Below are positions 62,377 to 64,000 of a stretch of DNA of 64,000 bases, in pieces. The first letter of the stretch is position 1; each line of letters begins with the position of its first letter. This DNA is from Paramoeba atlantica. Its lineage: Eukaryota > Protista > Discosea. Both the position numbers and the translations under genes were made by a program. Location: contig CDRNVI010000199.1 of NCBI GenBank assembly GCA_977017575.1, positions 1-64,000 on the forward strand, read 5' to 3'. Under the pieces are notes generated by a model that saw only the letters and a program-made list of their open reading frames with translations, made no database searches and was not told where the DNA came from.

Positions 62377-63872
62377 CTACTGAGGCTCAGGAAAAAAACT
62401 AGAATTTTCTGTTTTAATCGCTTCAAATAATTTGGAATCATAAACAGCAACTGTACGAGAAGAAATTGCTCCAATGTATAATACATACACTTCTATTGCA
62501 CAGACTACTTGTTTTGGATTTGGATTTGGAATCGATTTTTTGATTATGTCTGTGTAGATTTGACCCTGTTTGTTTTTGGAAAGAGAATGAGAGGAGAGAG
62601 AGAAGAGAGAGAAGAGAGAGAATGAGAGAGAGAAGAGAGAGAATGAGAGAGAGAGAGAGAGAATGGGAGAAAGGTTAGAGAAAGAAGAGAAAGAAAAATA
62701 GAAATAAAATCCAAAAATAAAAAAATAAAAATAAAATAAAAATTGAACCTTTGAATCCCAAAGAGACTCTTTTTCACCACTCTCACGATATGAAGAAACT
62801 ACTTTTTGTACTTGAGGAACGACATCCATCCTTCCCTATTTCCCAATCATTTGTAAAGAGAGAGAGAGAGAAAAGAAAGAAAGAGAAAAGAGAGAGAGAG
62901 AGAGAGAGAGAAAAGAAAGAAAGTTAGGAGAGGGGAGAAGAAGAAGAGGAGGGTGAGAATGAGGAATGAAGAGAGAAAAGAGAGAAAGAGGAGAAAGAAA
63001 TAGGAATTGAGAAAGAGAAAGAGAAAGAGAAAGAGAAAGAGAAAGAGAGAGAGAGAAAAAACCTTATGATCAACAAGAGACAAACGATAAGAATAAGTAA
63101 AATCATCAAATTTCATTACCATTGAACTATTTCCCTGTTTTATTTGATTCATTTATTTTAATCTTTTTTGAATTATTCTTTAAATTATTTTTTATTATTT
63201 ATTATGTATTTTTCATTTATTTTCAAAATTTATTTTATTTTTTATTATAAAATAAATAAATCAATGATTTATTTTTTCTTTAAATCCAACAAAATGAATT
63301 TGTTTTAATTTTTTGAATAAAATAATAACTCAATTAAACCAACCTCCCAAAACATTTCTTGACTTTGGTGATACAAATCAACAACTCTTCTTCTTAAAAT
63401 TTGCACCATTTGATGAGATTGATCTTCATTGCTGGAATGAGAGGAAAGAAAGAAAGAAAGAGAAGATGAGAAGCAAATACAAAAAAGGAAAGAAGACTAA
63501 AAAAAACAAAAGAGAGAAAGAGAGAGAAGAGAGAAGAGAAAGAGAAGAGAAGAGAGAAAGAAGAGAAGAGAAAGAGAGAAAGAGAAGAGAGAGACCAAGG
63601 ATAGAGACGACCATGAGCAGGCATAATACTTGGTGCAATCACCTAAAATAGGAAAAAACTAAATTTAAAAAAAAAAAAGCATACAAGAGAAAGAAAAGAA
63701 AAGAGAGAGAAAAGAACAGAGAGAAAGGAAAGAGAGAAAGGAAAGAGAGAGAAAGGAAAGAGAGAGAAAGGAAAAGAAAGAAGAGAGAAACCTTTTGAGT
63801 GGTTCGATTAACAGCGATAAAATGAACAAGACCAGGAAATCTCAGTTGATAATAAACTATTGGTCGATGCAT
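62377..63872 (-). CDS. HPS1: HPS1 (BLOC-3 subunit, Mon1/HPS1 longin family), last six exons; the gene continues beyond the window
   Basis: Exons 63872-63792, 63642-63596, 63431-63344, 63134-63063, 62835-62749 and 62565-62377, GT-AG and phase-consistent. [22 protein letters not shown] matches the HPS1 motif [22 protein letters not shown] as I recall it, followed by GNSSMVMKFDDFTYSY and CAIEVYVLYIGAI segments typical of its C-terminus. Confidence 0.85.
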
Positions 63873-64000
63873 CTTTTTTATTATTATTTATTTTTTATTT
63901 TTTATTTTTTATTTTTTATTTTTTATTTTTTATTTTTTATTTTTTATTTTTTATTATTTATTATTTATTATTTATTTATGATTTATTATTTATTATTTAT

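Noticed and set aside
60120-63872. Long poly-Phe and poly-Lys ORFs in the track
   Set aside because: These are low-complexity intron sequence; only the short exon parts are coding.
1-64000. Prokaryotic systems (CRISPR array, retron, group II intron, DGR) or rRNA
   Set aside because: No repeat-spacer periodicity or rRNA-like sequence. All RTs have LINE or LTR architecture with tails, LTRs and TSDs, and the genes are spliceosomal.

Overview
Eukaryotic, AT-rich DNA with spliceosomal introns and the standard genetic code; an amoeboid-protist origin is only an inference. About 59 kb (1-59700) is an unbroken nest of decaying transposable elements. It holds an L1-like LINE family A with APE, RT, zinc finger and archaeal/plant-type RNase H (4 copies) and a sister LINE family B. 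It also holds a copia element whose primer-binding site matches the anticodon arm of tRNA-Lys(CUU) and which has a third, inverted LTR, a second LTR element with the same PBS, a chromodomain Gypsy plus a Gypsy relic, a tRNA-derived SINE, a hAT relic, a CAC-terminated MITE, and an intron-containing RAG1/Transib/Chapaev-like transposase family. Most insertions keep readable target-site duplications, so nesting order can be reconstructed. Nearly all ORF damage is C-to-T, mostly CGA-to-TGA. CpGs reappear abruptly near 59380, beside two host genes: a 7-exon PH-domain gene (+) and the 3' exons of an HPS1 (BLOC-3) orthologue (-). All family and domain assignments are motif recognition by eye; no searches were run.
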